Below, piece after piece: positions 19,477 to 30,481 of a DNA stretch of 62,638 nucleotides (its first letter is position 1; each line of letters starts with the position of its first letter). Source of the stretch: Deferribacteraceae bacterium UBA1873 (GTDB taxonomy: Bacteria > Chrysiogenota > Deferribacteres > Deferribacterales > Flexistipitaceae); NCBI GenBank assembly GCA_002338145.1, contig DDHP01000079.1, positions 22,737 through 85,374 of the forward strand, written 5' to 3'. Made by a program: the position numbers and the translations under genes. The notes beneath the pieces are model-generated. The model saw only the letters and a program-made list of their open reading frames with translations, was not told the origin of the DNA and did no database searches.

Positions 19477-20023
19477 AATTATGCAAAAGCTACCTAATCA
19501 GTTAACTGTTTTGAGGGTTTTGCTTGTCCCGGTTTTTCTGATTCTGATTTTTTTTGATAACAGTGTAACAAATGTCCTATCAGCAATTGTTTTTGTTGTT
19601 GCTTCTGTAACTGATTTTATAGACGGGTATTTGGCTCGCAAATATCGTGTGGTTTCTGATTTTGGTAAAATACTTGATCCTATTGCAGATAAGATACTTG
19701 TGGCGGCAGCCCTTATTTCTCTCATACAGATTGATAGACTCAACGCTGTGGTTGTTATTATTTTACTGAGCAGAGAGTTTGCTGTGGGAGGTCTGAGAGA
19801 TTTTGCGTCGAGCAAAGGTACCATTATCCCCGCCGGTTTTTTTGGTAAAATAAAGACAGCTTTTCAGATGACTGCTCTTACCCTGCTTATATATAAAAAT
19901 GAGTTACTCGGAATAAATATTTTTTTAGTGGGCAAAATACTTATTTATCTTTCGGTGATAATTTCAGTGTATTCCGGCTTTGTGTACTACAGAAATTTTT
20001 TTAGGCAAGAAGTTAATGCCTGA
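19466..20023 (+). CDS. pgsA: CDP-diacylglycerol--glycerol-3-phosphate 3-phosphatidyltransferase
   Basis: LPNQLTVLR and TDFIDGYLARK...FGKILDPIADK CDP-alcohol motif. Confidence 0.95.
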   Translation: MSNEIMQKLPNQLTVLRVLLVPVFLILIFFDNSVTNVLSAIVFVVASVTDFIDGYLARKYRVVSDFGKILDPIADKILVAAALISLIQIDRLNAVVVIILLSREFAVGGLRDFASSKGTIIPAGFFGKIKTAFQMTALTLLIYKNELLGINIFLVGKILIYLSVIISVYSGFVYYRNFFRQEVNA

Positions 20024-21101
20024 TGTTTTTCTTAGAAAATTCAGCAGTTACACGCCTGAGCTTGAGCCTTTTTTTAATGGCTTTTTTCAACTGTACAGCA
20101 GTAGACTGTTAAAGTGCAGGAAAATATTATTAAAACCTAACCTGCTTCAGGCTGCCACTTCTGAAAGAGCTGTCACTACACATCCCGAGTTTTTAACATA
20201 TCTGGTCAGATCTCTGAAAAGGTTCACAAGAGCTGAGCTTATCCTCGCAGACAGCCCGGGGGCAAACTTTAACAACTTTTCCAATGTTCTTAAAATTACA
20301 GGTATTCAGAACGTATGTGACAAAGAAAATATAACTGTTGCTAGGATGGAATCTTTTCAACCCATTGAAAAAGATGATTTTGTGTATTCCGGTATTGCAG
20401 ATGAAGTGGATATGATTATTAATATAGCAAAGCTGAAAACCCATTCTCTTACCGGTCTTACAATGTGTGTTAAAAACTTTTTCGGACTTGTTCCTGGTAC
20501 AGCAAAAGTTGCCTATCATAGAAGATATCCATCAGGAAATGACTTAGGTGATAAATTATATTCTTTATCTGCATTATTTGCAGATAAATCATTAAATTTT
20601 TTGGATGGAATAATCGCTCATGAAGGAGAAGGACCTTCCCGAGGTAAACCTGTAAATCTGGGAATTGTTGCCGCTTCTGAAAATGCTGCAGCACTTGACA
20701 TTGAAATAACAAAACTTCTTGGTTTGCCGGTGAATTTTTGTACTACAAATGCTGAAGCGATGAAATTTCTGGATGTGGAAGAAATAAAACTAAATACCGG
20801 TGCTTGTTTTGATGGTTTATCCATAAAAACACCGGTGTCTATGAAAAAATCAATTATACCTGATAGCATCAAAAAAATTGTAGCTGATAAGATTTATGTA
20901 AAGCCAGAAATAATTCAGCCTAAATGTACAAAATGTCTCTTATGCTTGAAGAGTTGTTACGCTGATGCTATAACATTTGAAAACAAAACCGTCTTTATAA
21001 ACAAAGAACTATGCAAGGAATGTTTTTGCTGTTATGAGGTTTGTGAGGATGATGCGATTAAACTAAAAAGGTCTTTTTTACACAGGATTTTTGTCAAATG
21101 A
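20016..21101 (+). CDS. DUF362 protein with C-terminal 2x[4Fe-4S] ferredoxin domain
   Basis: LLKPNL, TTHPE, KLKTHSLT..T...KN.FG and EGEGP motifs; CTKCLLCLKSC and CKECFCCYEVC. Confidence 0.82.
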   Translation: MPDVFLRKFSSYTPELEPFFNGFFQLYSSRLLKCRKILLKPNLLQAATSERAVTTHPEFLTYLVRSLKRFTRAELILADSPGANFNNFSNVLKITGIQNVCDKENITVARMESFQPIEKDDFVYSGIADEVDMIINIAKLKTHSLTGLTMCVKNFFGLVPGTAKVAYHRRYPSGNDLGDKLYSLSALFADKSLNFLDGIIAHEGEGPSRGKPVNLGIVAASENAAALDIEITKLLGLPVNFCTTNAEAMKFLDVEEIKLNTGACFDGLSIKTPVSMKKSIIPDSIKKIVADKIYVKPEIIQPKCTKCLLCLKSCYADAITFENKTVFINKELCKECFCCYEVCEDDAIKLKRSFLHRIFVK

Positions 21102-21697
21102 TTTTGTATATTTGTCTTTTTGTAATCTCTTATTTATCTGGTGCTGTGCCCTTTTCTTTCCTGCTTGTGAAACTGATTAGGGGTATTGATCTTCGTGAAG
21201 TGGGGAGTGGCAATGTAGGAGCTACTAATGCTGGGCGTGTTTTGGGAAAATGGGGATTTGTTGTTGCATTTTGCTGTGATATGCTAAAGGCTTTTATTCC
21301 TCTGTATGTGTTCCGGCAGATACCGGGTATTGACGGCAATATCATTCTTTTTTGTGCTCTTTTTATTATCTTGGGGCATACATATACTGTTTTTCTTAGA
21401 TTTAAAGGTGGTAAAGGTGTAGCTACAGGTGTAGGTGTTTTTATGGCGTTAAGCCCTTATAGCCTTTTCTGGGCACTGCTCACCTTTTTTCTTGTCATTA
21501 CTGTTTTTCGTATTGTTTCCCTCGGCTCCATCATTTCAGCAGTTATACTAATGATATCGGTATGGCTGAATAGCGACTGGTTTGGTCTGCAAATATTTAC
21601 AGCAGTTGTTGTTCTTTTTGTTATTTATAAACATAAATCAAATATTGTAAGAATTATGCAAGGTAAAGAACATAAGATAGGAGAGAGAGTTGTCTGA
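21098..21697 (+). CDS. plsY: Glycerol-3-phosphate acyltransferase PlsY
   Basis: GSGNVGATNAGR, FKGGKGVAT and HKSNI motifs; hydrophobic. Confidence 0.95.
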   Translation: MILYICLFVISYLSGAVPFSFLLVKLIRGIDLREVGSGNVGATNAGRVLGKWGFVVAFCCDMLKAFIPLYVFRQIPGIDGNIILFCALFIILGHTYTVFLRFKGGKGVATGVGVFMALSPYSLFWALLTFFLVITVFRIVSLGSIISAVILMISVWLNSDWFGLQIFTAVVVLFVIYKHKSNIVRIMQGKEHKIGERVV

Positions 21698-22847
21698 TCC
21701 CCACAATATGATGCTTGAATGCGTTAATCTGGCGTTGGCCGGAAAAGGTTATACAGGTACTAATCCTGTTGTTGGAGCAATGGTTGTAAAAAATGGAGAA
21801 ATTTTGGGTAGAGGTTTTCATAAGAGTTTTGGCGGTGCACACGCTGAAATAGAAGCTATCAATAATTGCAGCCAGGAAATCAACGGAGCTGATTTATATG
21901 TAACACTTGAGCCCTGTTCTCATTATGGGAAAACTCCCCCCTGTGTGGAAACAATTGTAAAAAGCGGTATAAGCCGTGTTTTTATCGGAGTCGTGGATCC
22001 TAATCCTTTGAACGCAGGTAATGGGATAAACTATTTACTAAATAACGGTATTGAGGTTTATGTGGGTTTTGCCGAACAAGCATGTGCTGAAATTATAGAA
22101 GACTTTGCTAAATATATTTTAAAAGGTCAGCCGTTTTACTCTTTGAAAATAGCCCAGAGTTTGGATGGGAAAATAGCCACCTATACAGGGGCTTCCAAAT
22201 GGATTACCGATGAAACGTCAAGACAATACGGACATTATTTCAGGAGTATTTCCGATGGCATTTTGGTGGGTAAAGGCACGGTAGATGCTGACAATCCCAT
22301 GCTCAGCTCACGATTTATGGGTATAATGCGGTATCCTTATAAAATTATTCTCGATTCTTCACTTAGTATTTCAGAAGGGTCTGCTGTTTTTGAGGAGAAG
22401 CCTGAAAGATGTATCATTTTTGTATCCAACAGTGCTATAGGTAAAAATAAAAATAAGGCAGATAATTTAATGTCAAAAGGTGTTGATATAGTCCCTGTAA
22501 ATAGTGATGAGTATGGATTGAATCTACATGATATTTCATCAGTACTGATTGGTAAAAATATTCTGAATGTACTTGTGGAAGGGGGGCGAAAAATATATGC
22601 CTCTTTTATTAACAATAAATTGGCTGATAAATGCTATTTTTTTACTTCCGGAAAGATAATAGGAGAAGAGGGGGTTGATTCTATCGGAAAACTGGGTATA
22701 GATAACATAGAGGAGTCTGTTAAATTGGAAGAGTTGACTGTCCAGAAACTCAAAAATGATTTTTTATTTAACGGCAAAATCAATGATTACACCGAGCATA
22801 TACTAAAACTTACGGAAGAGCTGAGGAACAGATGTTCACAGGGATAG
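21690..22847 (+). CDS. ribD: Bifunctional riboflavin deaminase/reductase
   Basis: NPVVGA, HAE, TLEPCSHYGKTPPC, SLDGKIA and LVEGG motifs. Confidence 0.95.
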   Translation: MSDPHNMMLECVNLALAGKGYTGTNPVVGAMVVKNGEILGRGFHKSFGGAHAEIEAINNCSQEINGADLYVTLEPCSHYGKTPPCVETIVKSGISRVFIGVVDPNPLNAGNGINYLLNNGIEVYVGFAEQACAEIIEDFAKYILKGQPFYSLKIAQSLDGKIATYTGASKWITDETSRQYGHYFRSISDGILVGKGTVDADNPMLSSRFMGIMRYPYKIILDSSLSISEGSAVFEEKPERCIIFVSNSAIGKNKNKADNLMSKGVDIVPVNSDEYGLNLHDISSVLIGKNILNVLVEGGRKIYASFINNKLADKCYFFTSGKIIGEEGVDSIGKLGIDNIEESVKLEELTVQKLKNDFLFNGKINDYTEHILKLTEELRNRCSQG

Positions 22848-23485
22848 TGGAAAAAATCGGGACAGTAAACAGGGTTGATAAACGTGGTTCTTTTGCCATT
22901 TTAAATATTAGCTGCGCTGATATTACTGATGATCTTAAAATCGGTGATTCTGTAGCTGTAAATGGTGCTTGTCTGACAGCAACCAAAGTGGAAAAGGGCT
23001 CTTTTACTGCCGATATTTCATACGAAACATTGGGAAAATCTTCTTTGGAGTATCTAAAACCAGGTGATTATGTGAATCTGGAGCGGGCGCTGACATTATC
23101 ATCCAGGCTTGGGGGACACATTGTTTCAGGACACGTTGATTGTTTGGGGAAATTCACAGAGATAAGAAAAGAGTCATCTGCATACAGATTATGTATAGGT
23201 TATCCTGAAAATATTGAAAAGTATGTAGTTTACAAAGGATCCATAGCTTTGGACGGCATAAGTTTAACAATTGCTGATGTTTTTGATAATAATGAATTTA
23301 CTGTCGCTGTAATTCCTCATACTTTTGAAAATACTATATTAAAGTATAGACATCCGGGGGATTTTGTGAATATAGAAGCAGATATGGTGGCACGTTATAT
23401 GGAGAAATTATTGAAAAATGAAAAAAAAGCGGATAGATTAAAGTCTGGTATTTTAAAGATGCAACAAATGGAGGATTTTATATAA
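22832..23485 (+). CDS. ribE: Riboflavin synthase (alpha chain)
   Basis: MFTGIVE N-terminus, [22 protein letters not shown]. Confidence 0.96.
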   Translation: MFTGIVEKIGTVNRVDKRGSFAILNISCADITDDLKIGDSVAVNGACLTATKVEKGSFTADISYETLGKSSLEYLKPGDYVNLERALTLSSRLGGHIVSGHVDCLGKFTEIRKESSAYRLCIGYPENIEKYVVYKGSIALDGISLTIADVFDNNEFTVAVIPHTFENTILKYRHPGDFVNIEADMVARYMEKLLKNEKKADRLKSGILKMQQMEDFI

Positions 23486-24693
23486 TGATGAAAGAAGTTA
23501 GGGCAACTGTGGAAGAAGCAATAGAAGATATAAAAAACGGCAAAATGATTATTCTGGTGGATGATGAAGACAGGGAGAACGAGGGCGATTTAATGATAGC
23601 GGCTGATTTTGTTACTCCAGAGGCTATAAATTTTATGGCAAAATACGGCCGGGGGCTTATTTGTCTCAGTCTCACCAATCAACGATGTGATGAGCTGAAT
23701 TTGCCATTGATGGTGGATGAAAAGGGTAATTCTGCCAAATTTGGGACAGCTTTTACCGTTTCGATTGAGGCGAAAGAAGGGGTCACCACGGGCATTTCAG
23801 CTTTTGACAGGGCTCATACGATAAAAGTAGCTGCAGATCCTGAGAAAACTGCCGATGATATTGCCCGTCCGGGTCATGTTTTTCCGCTTCGAGCCAAAGA
23901 TGGAGGTGTTCTTGTTCGAGCCGGACAAACAGAGGGCTCAATGGATTTGGTAAAACTGGCGGGGCTGACACCTGCCGCTGTTATATGTGAAGTCATGAAT
24001 GATGATGGAACGATGGCAAGAATGCCTCAGCTTGAAGAATTTGCCAAAGAGCACGGACTTAAAATTCTAACTATTGCAGATCTCATTTCTTACCGGGTGG
24101 AAAAGGAAAGCATCATAGAAAAAATTGCAGATGCGAATTTACCAACGCTATTTGGCGATTTTGAAATAGAGGGATTTGTGAACAAAGTGGATAAACAGGA
24201 GACAGTTGCCCTTGTTAAAGGGGATATATCCACTGATGAGCCTGTTTTGGTAAGGGTTCACTCACAATGTTTAACAGGTGACGTTTTTGGTTCTTTGAGA
24301 TGTGACTGCAGAGATCAACTTCACTGTGCTATGGAAATGATTGAAAAAGAAGGTAGGGGGGTACTGCTGTATATGTTTCAGGAAGGCAGGGGAATCGGTA
24401 TTTTAAATAAAATAAAAGCCTACAAACTTCAGGAAAACGGAATGGATACAGTGGATGCAAATCTGCATCTGGGCTTTGAGGATGATCTTCGTGATTACGG
24501 TTTTGGGGCTCAGGTTTTGCGATATCTGGGTATTAAAAAGCTAAGATTGTTAACAAATAATATGAAAAAACTGAAGTGTTTGTCCGGATATGGTCTGGAA
24601 GTTGTTGAAAGAGTACCTATTGTATGTAAAATAAGACCTGAGAATGAAAAATATTTAAAGGCAAAAAAAGAAAAAATGGGTCATCTTTTTTAA
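23485..24693 (+). CDS. ribBA: Bifunctional DHBP synthase / GTP cyclohydrolase II
   Basis: [37 protein letters not shown] and QEGRGIG motifs. Confidence 0.96.
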   Translation: MMKEVRATVEEAIEDIKNGKMIILVDDEDRENEGDLMIAADFVTPEAINFMAKYGRGLICLSLTNQRCDELNLPLMVDEKGNSAKFGTAFTVSIEAKEGVTTGISAFDRAHTIKVAADPEKTADDIARPGHVFPLRAKDGGVLVRAGQTEGSMDLVKLAGLTPAAVICEVMNDDGTMARMPQLEEFAKEHGLKILTIADLISYRVEKESIIEKIADANLPTLFGDFEIEGFVNKVDKQETVALVKGDISTDEPVLVRVHSQCLTGDVFGSLRCDCRDQLHCAMEMIEKEGRGVLLYMFQEGRGIGILNKIKAYKLQENGMDTVDANLHLGFEDDLRDYGFGAQVLRYLGIKKLRLLTNNMKKLKCLSGYGLEVVERVPIVCKIRPENEKYLKAKKEKMGHLF

Positions 24694-24724
24694 TAAACTT
24701 AATAAAAAAAATTGGGGATTGATA

Positions 24725-25198
24725 ATGAGCGTGAAAGTATACGAAGGCGTTTACGATGGAAGTGGTTTAAAAATAGCTATTGTGGCCACCAGATTTAATG
24801 ATTTTATTGTGAAAAGCTTGATATCAGGTGCCATCGATGCATTATTGAGACATAATGTTGGCGGCGATGATATTGAGGTTTATAAAGTTCCTGGTGCTTT
24901 TGAAATGCCTATGGTGTGCAATAAATTGGCTAAATCAGGGAAATTTGATGCCGTAATAGCGGTTGGTGCTGTGATAAGAGGTTCAACCCCTCACTTTGAC
25001 TATGTCTCTGCGGAAGTGGCAAAGGGAGTGGCAAAATCATCTTATGATACGGGAGTTCCTGTGATTTTTGGTGTGCTTACTACGGATACAATTGAGCAAG
25101 CTATCGAAAGAGCTGGGACTAAGAGCGGTAATAAAGGAGCAGAAGCTGCTATGGCTGCTCTTGAGACAGTTAACCTGATAATAAAGAACAAACTTTAA
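24725..25198 (+). CDS. ribH: 6,7-dimethyl-8-ribityllumazine synthase
   Basis: [23 protein letters not shown] and [10 protein letters not shown] motifs. Confidence 0.96.
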   Translation: MSVKVYEGVYDGSGLKIAIVATRFNDFIVKSLISGAIDALLRHNVGGDDIEVYKVPGAFEMPMVCNKLAKSGKFDAVIAVGAVIRGSTPHFDYVSAEVAKGVAKSSYDTGVPVIFGVLTTDTIEQAIERAGTKSGNKGAEAAMAALETVNLIIKNKL

Positions 25199-25203
25199 TC
25201 TTC

Positions 25204-25629
25204 ATGAAATCAAAAAGAACATTATCCAGGGAATATGCTGTACAAATGATGTATCATTCTTCTATTGCAGAAGTTGGTGTATCTGAAGTGCGCAGAATAT
25301 TCTGGCTGGAAAAAGATGCCCCGGATACCGTAAAAACCTTTGCAGAAGAGTTGTTTTCAAATGCCTTTAAAAAGAAAAATTTTAACGATGAGCTTGTGAA
25401 AAAATATCTTAAAAAAGGATGGGTTTTTGAACGGTTAGGTGAAATAGAGAAGGCGGTATTCAGAGTTGGCATAGCTGAGCTTTTTGACGGTGATGCACCG
25501 GTTTATGCAATTCTGGATGATTATGTGAGTATCGCCAGCAATTATATGGATGAAAAATCAGCCTCCCTTGTGAACGGAATATTAGATACTATAAAAAGAG
25601 AGTTTAACATTGACAGATCAGTTGATTAA
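25204..25629 (+). CDS. nusB: Transcription antitermination factor NusB
   Basis: KRTLSREYAVQMMY, W.FERL..IEKA.FR and LVNGILD; canonical ribH-nusB order. Confidence 0.88.
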   Translation: MKSKRTLSREYAVQMMYHSSIAEVGVSEVRRIFWLEKDAPDTVKTFAEELFSNAFKKKNFNDELVKKYLKKGWVFERLGEIEKAVFRVGIAELFDGDAPVYAILDDYVSIASNYMDEKSASLVNGILDTIKREFNIDRSVD

Positions 25630-26047
25630 AGATGTGAGTGTTCCTTTTCCTCCGTTAAAGCTGGACAACGGCTCCGGCGGAGACGATGACAATTACGCCG
25701 AGCTGAAAATTTTTCCCGCTTTTGTGGATTATGATTTCTTTAAGATAAGGCCAAGGGGATGCAGTAGCCGAATAGATTTTTTTTCTTTTGGCAAACTAAC
25801 AGAGTCCGTAGAGAAAACAAAATACTTAAATTCTGTTTTGTATATCAAAAAACCAGAGTTTATGTTTAAGCATGGTTTTTTTTTGATGGACTTTATTCGT
25901 CTGAGTAAAGACATTACCCCTTTTATAGAAAATGTAAGAAATCTTAAGTTTGATAAACTATATATCGAAAAGTCATCCTATTTACCTCTTGAAAATATTG
26001 TTTCAGAGCTTTCCGGTATAGATATTTTTTTGCTGGAGTTTGTTTGA
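25610..26047 (+). CDS. Hypothetical protein
   Basis: 145-aa ORF filling the gap between nusB and the DUF4911 gene, overlapping both; no motif recognised. Confidence 0.55.
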   Translation: MTDQLIKDVSVPFPPLKLDNGSGGDDDNYAELKIFPAFVDYDFFKIRPRGCSSRIDFFSFGKLTESVEKTKYLNSVLYIKKPEFMFKHGFFLMDFIRLSKDITPFIENVRNLKFDKLYIEKSSYLPLENIVSELSGIDIFLLEFV

Positions 26048-26049
26048 TT

Positions 26050-26307
26050 ATGTATTCCCCTCTTGAAAACATAAAAATTAAATTTAGAATCGATATTAAA
26101 AATGTTTTGTATGTTAACAGCATCATGGATTCGTATGAAGGTGTGGGGATTGTACGGACGCTGGATAGTAGTAAAGGTCAGGTTGCTGTTTACACTTCGG
26201 GGTCCATGTGCAAGCAAGCTTTGGATGTTCTTGAGAATCTTAGAAAGGAAGGGTTAAGTATTAAAGATTTGGAAGTGGATAGGACTTCAGATGTGGATTA
26301 TTACTAA
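26050..26307 (+). CDS. DUF4911-family small protein
   Basis: YVNSIMDSYEGVGIVRTLD...G.V resembles DUF4911. Confidence 0.7.
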   Translation: MYSPLENIKIKFRIDIKNVLYVNSIMDSYEGVGIVRTLDSSKGQVAVYTSGSMCKQALDVLENLRKEGLSIKDLEVDRTSDVDYY

Positions 26308-26327
26308 AGATAATAGTGGGTGGGTGT

Positions 26328-27245
26328 ATGAATTTGAATATCAGTGCTGAGAAATATATGATTTTTGAAATTAACAAAAATGTGACTAAAGATAACAGGC
26401 CATATCTGAGGGTTGTTTTAACCGATAAGGAAGGTGGACAGCATAACGGGATAATGTTTGACAGCAATAAGTTGGAATTTGATCCTGAGAAAGGGGATGT
26501 GGTTGCTGTTGATGCTGTTGTTCAGAACTATAATGGACAGTTACAGCTTAAAATCAGCAATATGAAGAAACTTGAAAATGAAAGCCGCATAGATTTTCTT
26601 CCAAAAACCAAATATAATATTCAGGATATGGTAACGGAAATAAAAACCATACTGGATAGCGAAATAAAAGATTCTAATATTAAAAAGCTTGTGAATCTCT
26701 TTTTCGGAGACAGCAAAACTTTAAAACTTTTTAAATATATGCCCGCGGCTAAAAATATTCATCATGCATATGTCGGCGGTTTGCTGGAACACACACTGTC
26801 AGTGGTAAAATTAGCTGTGAAAATGGCTGACTATTATTCCGCTTATGTCAACAAAGATCTTCTTTTAGTGGGTGCTTTGTTTCATGATGTGGGAAAAATA
26901 TTTGAGCTTAATGCGGAGAAGGGTTTCGACTACACTGATCAGGGAAAGCTTATTGGGCATCTGCTTCTTGGAATAGAATTGGTGAACGGATATATTTCTG
27001 AAATTGAACAATTTCCTTCTGAATATAAGTACATTATCGGTCATATGATAGCAAGTCACCATGGGTTGCTGGAGTTTGGTTCTCCCAAAAAACCAAAAAC
27101 AGTGGAAGCTCTTATACTTCACTTTATAGATGATATGGATGCTAAAATTAATACTTTTAATACTATTTTTGGTAAAGAGGATATTGATTCCGGTTGGAGC
27201 TCATACGACAGGCTTCTTGAAAGACAGCTTTACAAACATTATTGA
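26328..27245 (+). CDS. yhaM: 3'-5' exoribonuclease YhaM family (OB fold plus HD domain)
   Basis: PAAKNIHHAYVGGLLEHT, HDVGK, GHL, SHHG.LEFGSP and D.MDAK motifs. Confidence 0.87.
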   Translation: MNLNISAEKYMIFEINKNVTKDNRPYLRVVLTDKEGGQHNGIMFDSNKLEFDPEKGDVVAVDAVVQNYNGQLQLKISNMKKLENESRIDFLPKTKYNIQDMVTEIKTILDSEIKDSNIKKLVNLFFGDSKTLKLFKYMPAAKNIHHAYVGGLLEHTLSVVKLAVKMADYYSAYVNKDLLLVGALFHDVGKIFELNAEKGFDYTDQGKLIGHLLLGIELVNGYISEIEQFPSEYKYIIGHMIASHHGLLEFGSPKKPKTVEALILHFIDDMDAKINTFNTIFGKEDIDSGWSSYDRLLERQLYKHY

Positions 27246-27312
27246 CAGATAGTCCTTTTTGGTTTTTTAGTGTATTGATTTGCGTTTATACAGTTGTATA
27301 CAGGAGGAGATC

Positions 27313-28545
27313 ATGGATAGTGCATTAAATGTGAAGAATACACTTATAGGCATTCAAATGCTCTTCGTAGCTTTCGGGGCATTGGTTCTTGTTCCCCTTT
27401 TGACTGGACTTGATCCATCTATAGCACTTTTCAGTGCCGGAGCAGGGACACTGATATTCCAATTTATTACAAAATCCAAAGTACCCGTTTTTTTAGCCAG
27501 TTCTTTTGCTTTCATTGCTCCTATTCAATTTGGAATGAAAAACTTTGGAGTGGGGGAAACATTAGGAGGGCTTGTTTTTGCAGGTTTTACCTATTTTATC
27601 TTTAGCTTCATGGTAAAAAGAGGAGGAGTGGAAGCAATAGACAGATATCTTCCAACTGTGGTAACTGCTCCCGTCATAATGACAATAGGTTTAAATTTGG
27701 CACCTGTTGCAGTGGATATGGCCAAAAGCTTTGATGGCTCAGGAAATTATGATCCAAAAGCAGTACTTTTATCTGTTTTTACTCTTATTATGGCAATACT
27801 TGTTGTTATGTACGGCAAAAGAATTTTTAGTCTTATTCCTATATTAACTGGAATTGTTTTGGGATATCTTTTTGCTGTAATTCTGGGTGTAGTAGATTTC
27901 ACACCTATTCAGAATGCTTCATGGTTTTCCATCCCCTGGCTGGTAGCTATGAATGAAGGGAGTTTTGCCATACCTGTATTTGATTTAGCTGCTATTTTAT
28001 ATATTGTCCCGGTTGCTATTGCACCAGCAATTGAACATGTGGGTGATATTTTGGCTATTTCCTCAGTTACAGGAAAAAACTATGTAAAAGATCCCGGACT
28101 ACACAGAACACTTTTGGGAGACGGCGTTGCCACAGCTTTGGCCGCCTTTATCGGAGGGCCCCCGAATACAACATATTCCGAAGTAACAGGAGCTGTGGCA
28201 CTGACAAAAGCTACGAATATAATATATATGCGTACAGCTGCAATTACGGCTATTATTCTCGCTTTTGTCGGGAAACTGGGGGCTGTACTAAAAACGATAC
28301 CGGTTCCGGTGATGGGAGGGATAATGATTTTGTTGTTTGGAATGATTGCAGCTGTAGGGATAGGGTCTTTGGTAAGAAATAACGTTGATATGTCCAAATC
28401 CAGAAACCTTGTTATAGTTTCCGTTGTTTTGATTATCGGTATAGGTGATATGGTGATAAGTTATGGTAGAATAAGTCTGGGTGGTATTGGACTAGCCGGA
28501 GTTGTGGGGGTTGCTTTAAATCTTGTATTACCGGAGGGTAAATGA
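27313..28545 (+). CDS. uraA: Uracil permease (NCS2 family)
   Basis: [31 protein letters not shown] and [10 protein letters not shown] motifs; adjacent to upp. Confidence 0.9.
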   Translation: MDSALNVKNTLIGIQMLFVAFGALVLVPLLTGLDPSIALFSAGAGTLIFQFITKSKVPVFLASSFAFIAPIQFGMKNFGVGETLGGLVFAGFTYFIFSFMVKRGGVEAIDRYLPTVVTAPVIMTIGLNLAPVAVDMAKSFDGSGNYDPKAVLLSVFTLIMAILVVMYGKRIFSLIPILTGIVLGYLFAVILGVVDFTPIQNASWFSIPWLVAMNEGSFAIPVFDLAAILYIVPVAIAPAIEHVGDILAISSVTGKNYVKDPGLHRTLLGDGVATALAAFIGGPPNTTYSEVTGAVALTKATNIIYMRTAAITAIILAFVGKLGAVLKTIPVPVMGGIMILLFGMIAAVGIGSLVRNNVDMSKSRNLVIVSVVLIIGIGDMVISYGRISLGGIGLAGVVGVALNLVLPEGK

Positions 28546-29180
28546 TGAATTTTCAAAACTTTTACCTGATAAACCATCCTTTGATAGAGCATAAACTGAC
28601 CTATATAAGGAAAAAAAACACTTCAAAAAAAGAATTTAAAGAATTAGTGGACGAAGTAGCAATGCTTATGGCCTATGAAATTACCAAAGATTTCCCCCTG
28701 GAGCAGATTGAAATTTCCACTCCTATATGTAAAACCAAGTCCAATGTTGTTTCAGGGAAAAAGGTAGTACTTGTTCCGATACTCAGGGCAGGGCTGGGTA
28801 TGGTTGACGGTATACTTAAGCTGATACCCTCCGCCAGAGTGGGACATATTGGTTTATACCGGGACGAAAATACTCTCCAGCCTGTATCTTATTATTTTAA
28901 AATTCCTTCCAGCTCTGAGGACAGGGAATTTATACTGATAGATCCCATGCTGGCAACAGGTGGATCTGCAGCAGCTGCAGTAAACATGCTAAAAGATTCT
29001 GGAGTAAAGAATATAAAGTTTATGTGTCTGATTGCTGCACCTGAAGGGATGGAAAGATTATGCAGAACTCATCCTGATATTAAAGTTTATGCGGCCGGTT
29101 TGGACGAACAGCTTAATGAATTCGGTTATATTGTCCCCGGGCTTGGGGATGCAGGTGACAGACTGTTTGGCACAAAATAG
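28542..29180 (+). CDS. upp: Uracil phosphoribosyltransferase
   Basis: [27 protein letters not shown] and [17 protein letters not shown] motifs. Confidence 0.97.
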   Translation: MMNFQNFYLINHPLIEHKLTYIRKKNTSKKEFKELVDEVAMLMAYEITKDFPLEQIEISTPICKTKSNVVSGKKVVLVPILRAGLGMVDGILKLIPSARVGHIGLYRDENTLQPVSYYFKIPSSSEDREFILIDPMLATGGSAAAAVNMLKDSGVKNIKFMCLIAAPEGMERLCRTHPDIKVYAAGLDEQLNEFGYIVPGLGDAGDRLFGTK

Positions 29181-29209
29181 CTTTTGTAAACTTAGAAGTT
29201 TACTTGCTG

Positions 29210-29238
29210 TTGACATTTGATACCGTTGGTAATATTTT
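29210..29238 (+). promoter_or_regulatory. Putative sigma70 promoter of asd
   Basis: TTGACA-N17-TATTTT; GAGGTG RBS downstream. Confidence 0.5.
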
Positions 29239-29269
29239 TAACATCAAATACTTTTATTGAGGTGCAGAA

Positions 29270-30286
29270 ATGAGTTTTCAAAAAAAAGACAAATACAATG
29301 TAGCGATTGCCGGTGCTACAGGTGCTGTGGGCGAAACTTTTTTGAATATATTATCCGAAAGGAAGTTTCCCATTGATAACCTGAAACTGCTGGCCTCTTC
29401 CAGGAGTGCCGGAAAGAAAATTATGTACGAAGGCAGGGAGTATGAAGTAGAGGAGATGACTCACGATTCCTTTAATGATGTTGACATAGCCCTCTTTTCT
29501 GCAGGTGGAGACAGAAGTAAAGAATTTGCTCCTTCTGCAGCCAAAGCCGGAGCTGTGGTTATAGACAACAGCTCTGCCTTCAGAATGGATAAAGATGTAC
29601 CTTTGGTTGTTCCTGAGGTTAATCCGGATGATGCTTTTAAACATAATGGAATTATTGCCAATCCCAACTGCACTACAATCATAATGGTTGTTGCTCTTAA
29701 ACCGATTTATGATTACAGCAAAATCAAAAGAGTGGTGGTTTCTTCTTATCAATCGGCATCAGGAGCCGGTGCACAGGGAATGTATGAACTGGAAGAACAG
29801 GCAAAAGCCTGGGCAAAAGGTGAAAAATTGAACGTTGAAAACTTTCAGTACCAGTTGCTGTTTAATGTTATTCCGCATGTTGATAAATTTATGGAAAATG
29901 GCTATACAAAAGAAGAAATGAAAATGTATAATGAGACAAAAAAGATTATGGGAGATGAACATCTTGAGGTTAGTGCCACATGTGTAAGAGTTCCGGTTTT
30001 AACAGCTCATTCCGAAGCTATTTTTGTAGAAACAGAAGATAAAATTACTGTTGATAAAGCAAAAGATCTCTTTGCCGGGGCAAAGGGATTGCAGGTTTTG
30101 GACAATCCCATGAAGAATGAATATCCCATGCCCCTTTATGCTGCCGGCAAGGATGACTGCTATGTTGGAAGGATTAGAGAGGATATTTCCACGGAAAATG
30201 CTTTAAGCTTTTGGGTATGCGGCGATCAGCTGAGAAAAGGGGCTGCTCTTAATGCGGTGCAGATTGCAGAGTTATTAATAAGCTAA
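29270..30286 (+). CDS. asd: Aspartate-semialdehyde dehydrogenase
   Basis: GATGAVG, DNSSAFRM, IANPNCTT, TCVRVPV..AHSE and DQLRKGAALNAVQIAE motifs. Confidence 0.97.
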   Translation: MSFQKKDKYNVAIAGATGAVGETFLNILSERKFPIDNLKLLASSRSAGKKIMYEGREYEVEEMTHDSFNDVDIALFSAGGDRSKEFAPSAAKAGAVVIDNSSAFRMDKDVPLVVPEVNPDDAFKHNGIIANPNCTTIIMVVALKPIYDYSKIKRVVVSSYQSASGAGAQGMYELEEQAKAWAKGEKLNVENFQYQLLFNVIPHVDKFMENGYTKEEMKMYNETKKIMGDEHLEVSATCVRVPVLTAHSEAIFVETEDKITVDKAKDLFAGAKGLQVLDNPMKNEYPMPLYAAGKDDCYVGRIREDISTENALSFWVCGDQLRKGAALNAVQIAELLIS

Positions 30287-30313
30287 TTTTACTGCATAAT
30301 TGTACACACTCTG

Positions 30314-30364
30314 TCTCTCCCCCTAAAGTAGGGGGAGAGATTAACTCCACTTAAATATTAAGTG
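30314..30364. repeat. Two adjacent perfect palindromes downstream of asd (possible terminator or REP-like unit)
   Basis: TCTCTCCCCCTA-AAG-TAGGGGGAGAGA (12-bp stem, 30314-30340) and CACTTAA-ATA-TTAAGTG (30348-30364). Confidence 0.6.
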
Positions 30365-30481
30365 CTATGTTTACTCAATCTTTCACGCACTTGACGCTTT
30401 AAATGTATGTGGGGAATTTTTTACCATATGAAGCAATATAACAAATATGCAGTTGTTTTTATTTTTTTTAAAGGAGCCGTT

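Noticed and set aside
21600-21690. FMN riboswitch before ribD
   Set aside because: ribD overlaps plsY, leaving no leader, and no RFN consensus is visible.
27242-27312. PyrR attenuator or promoter before uraA
   Set aside because: The gap is short with no AGUCCNGNGAGGYU-type loop, and TTGACA at 27242 has no well-spaced -10.
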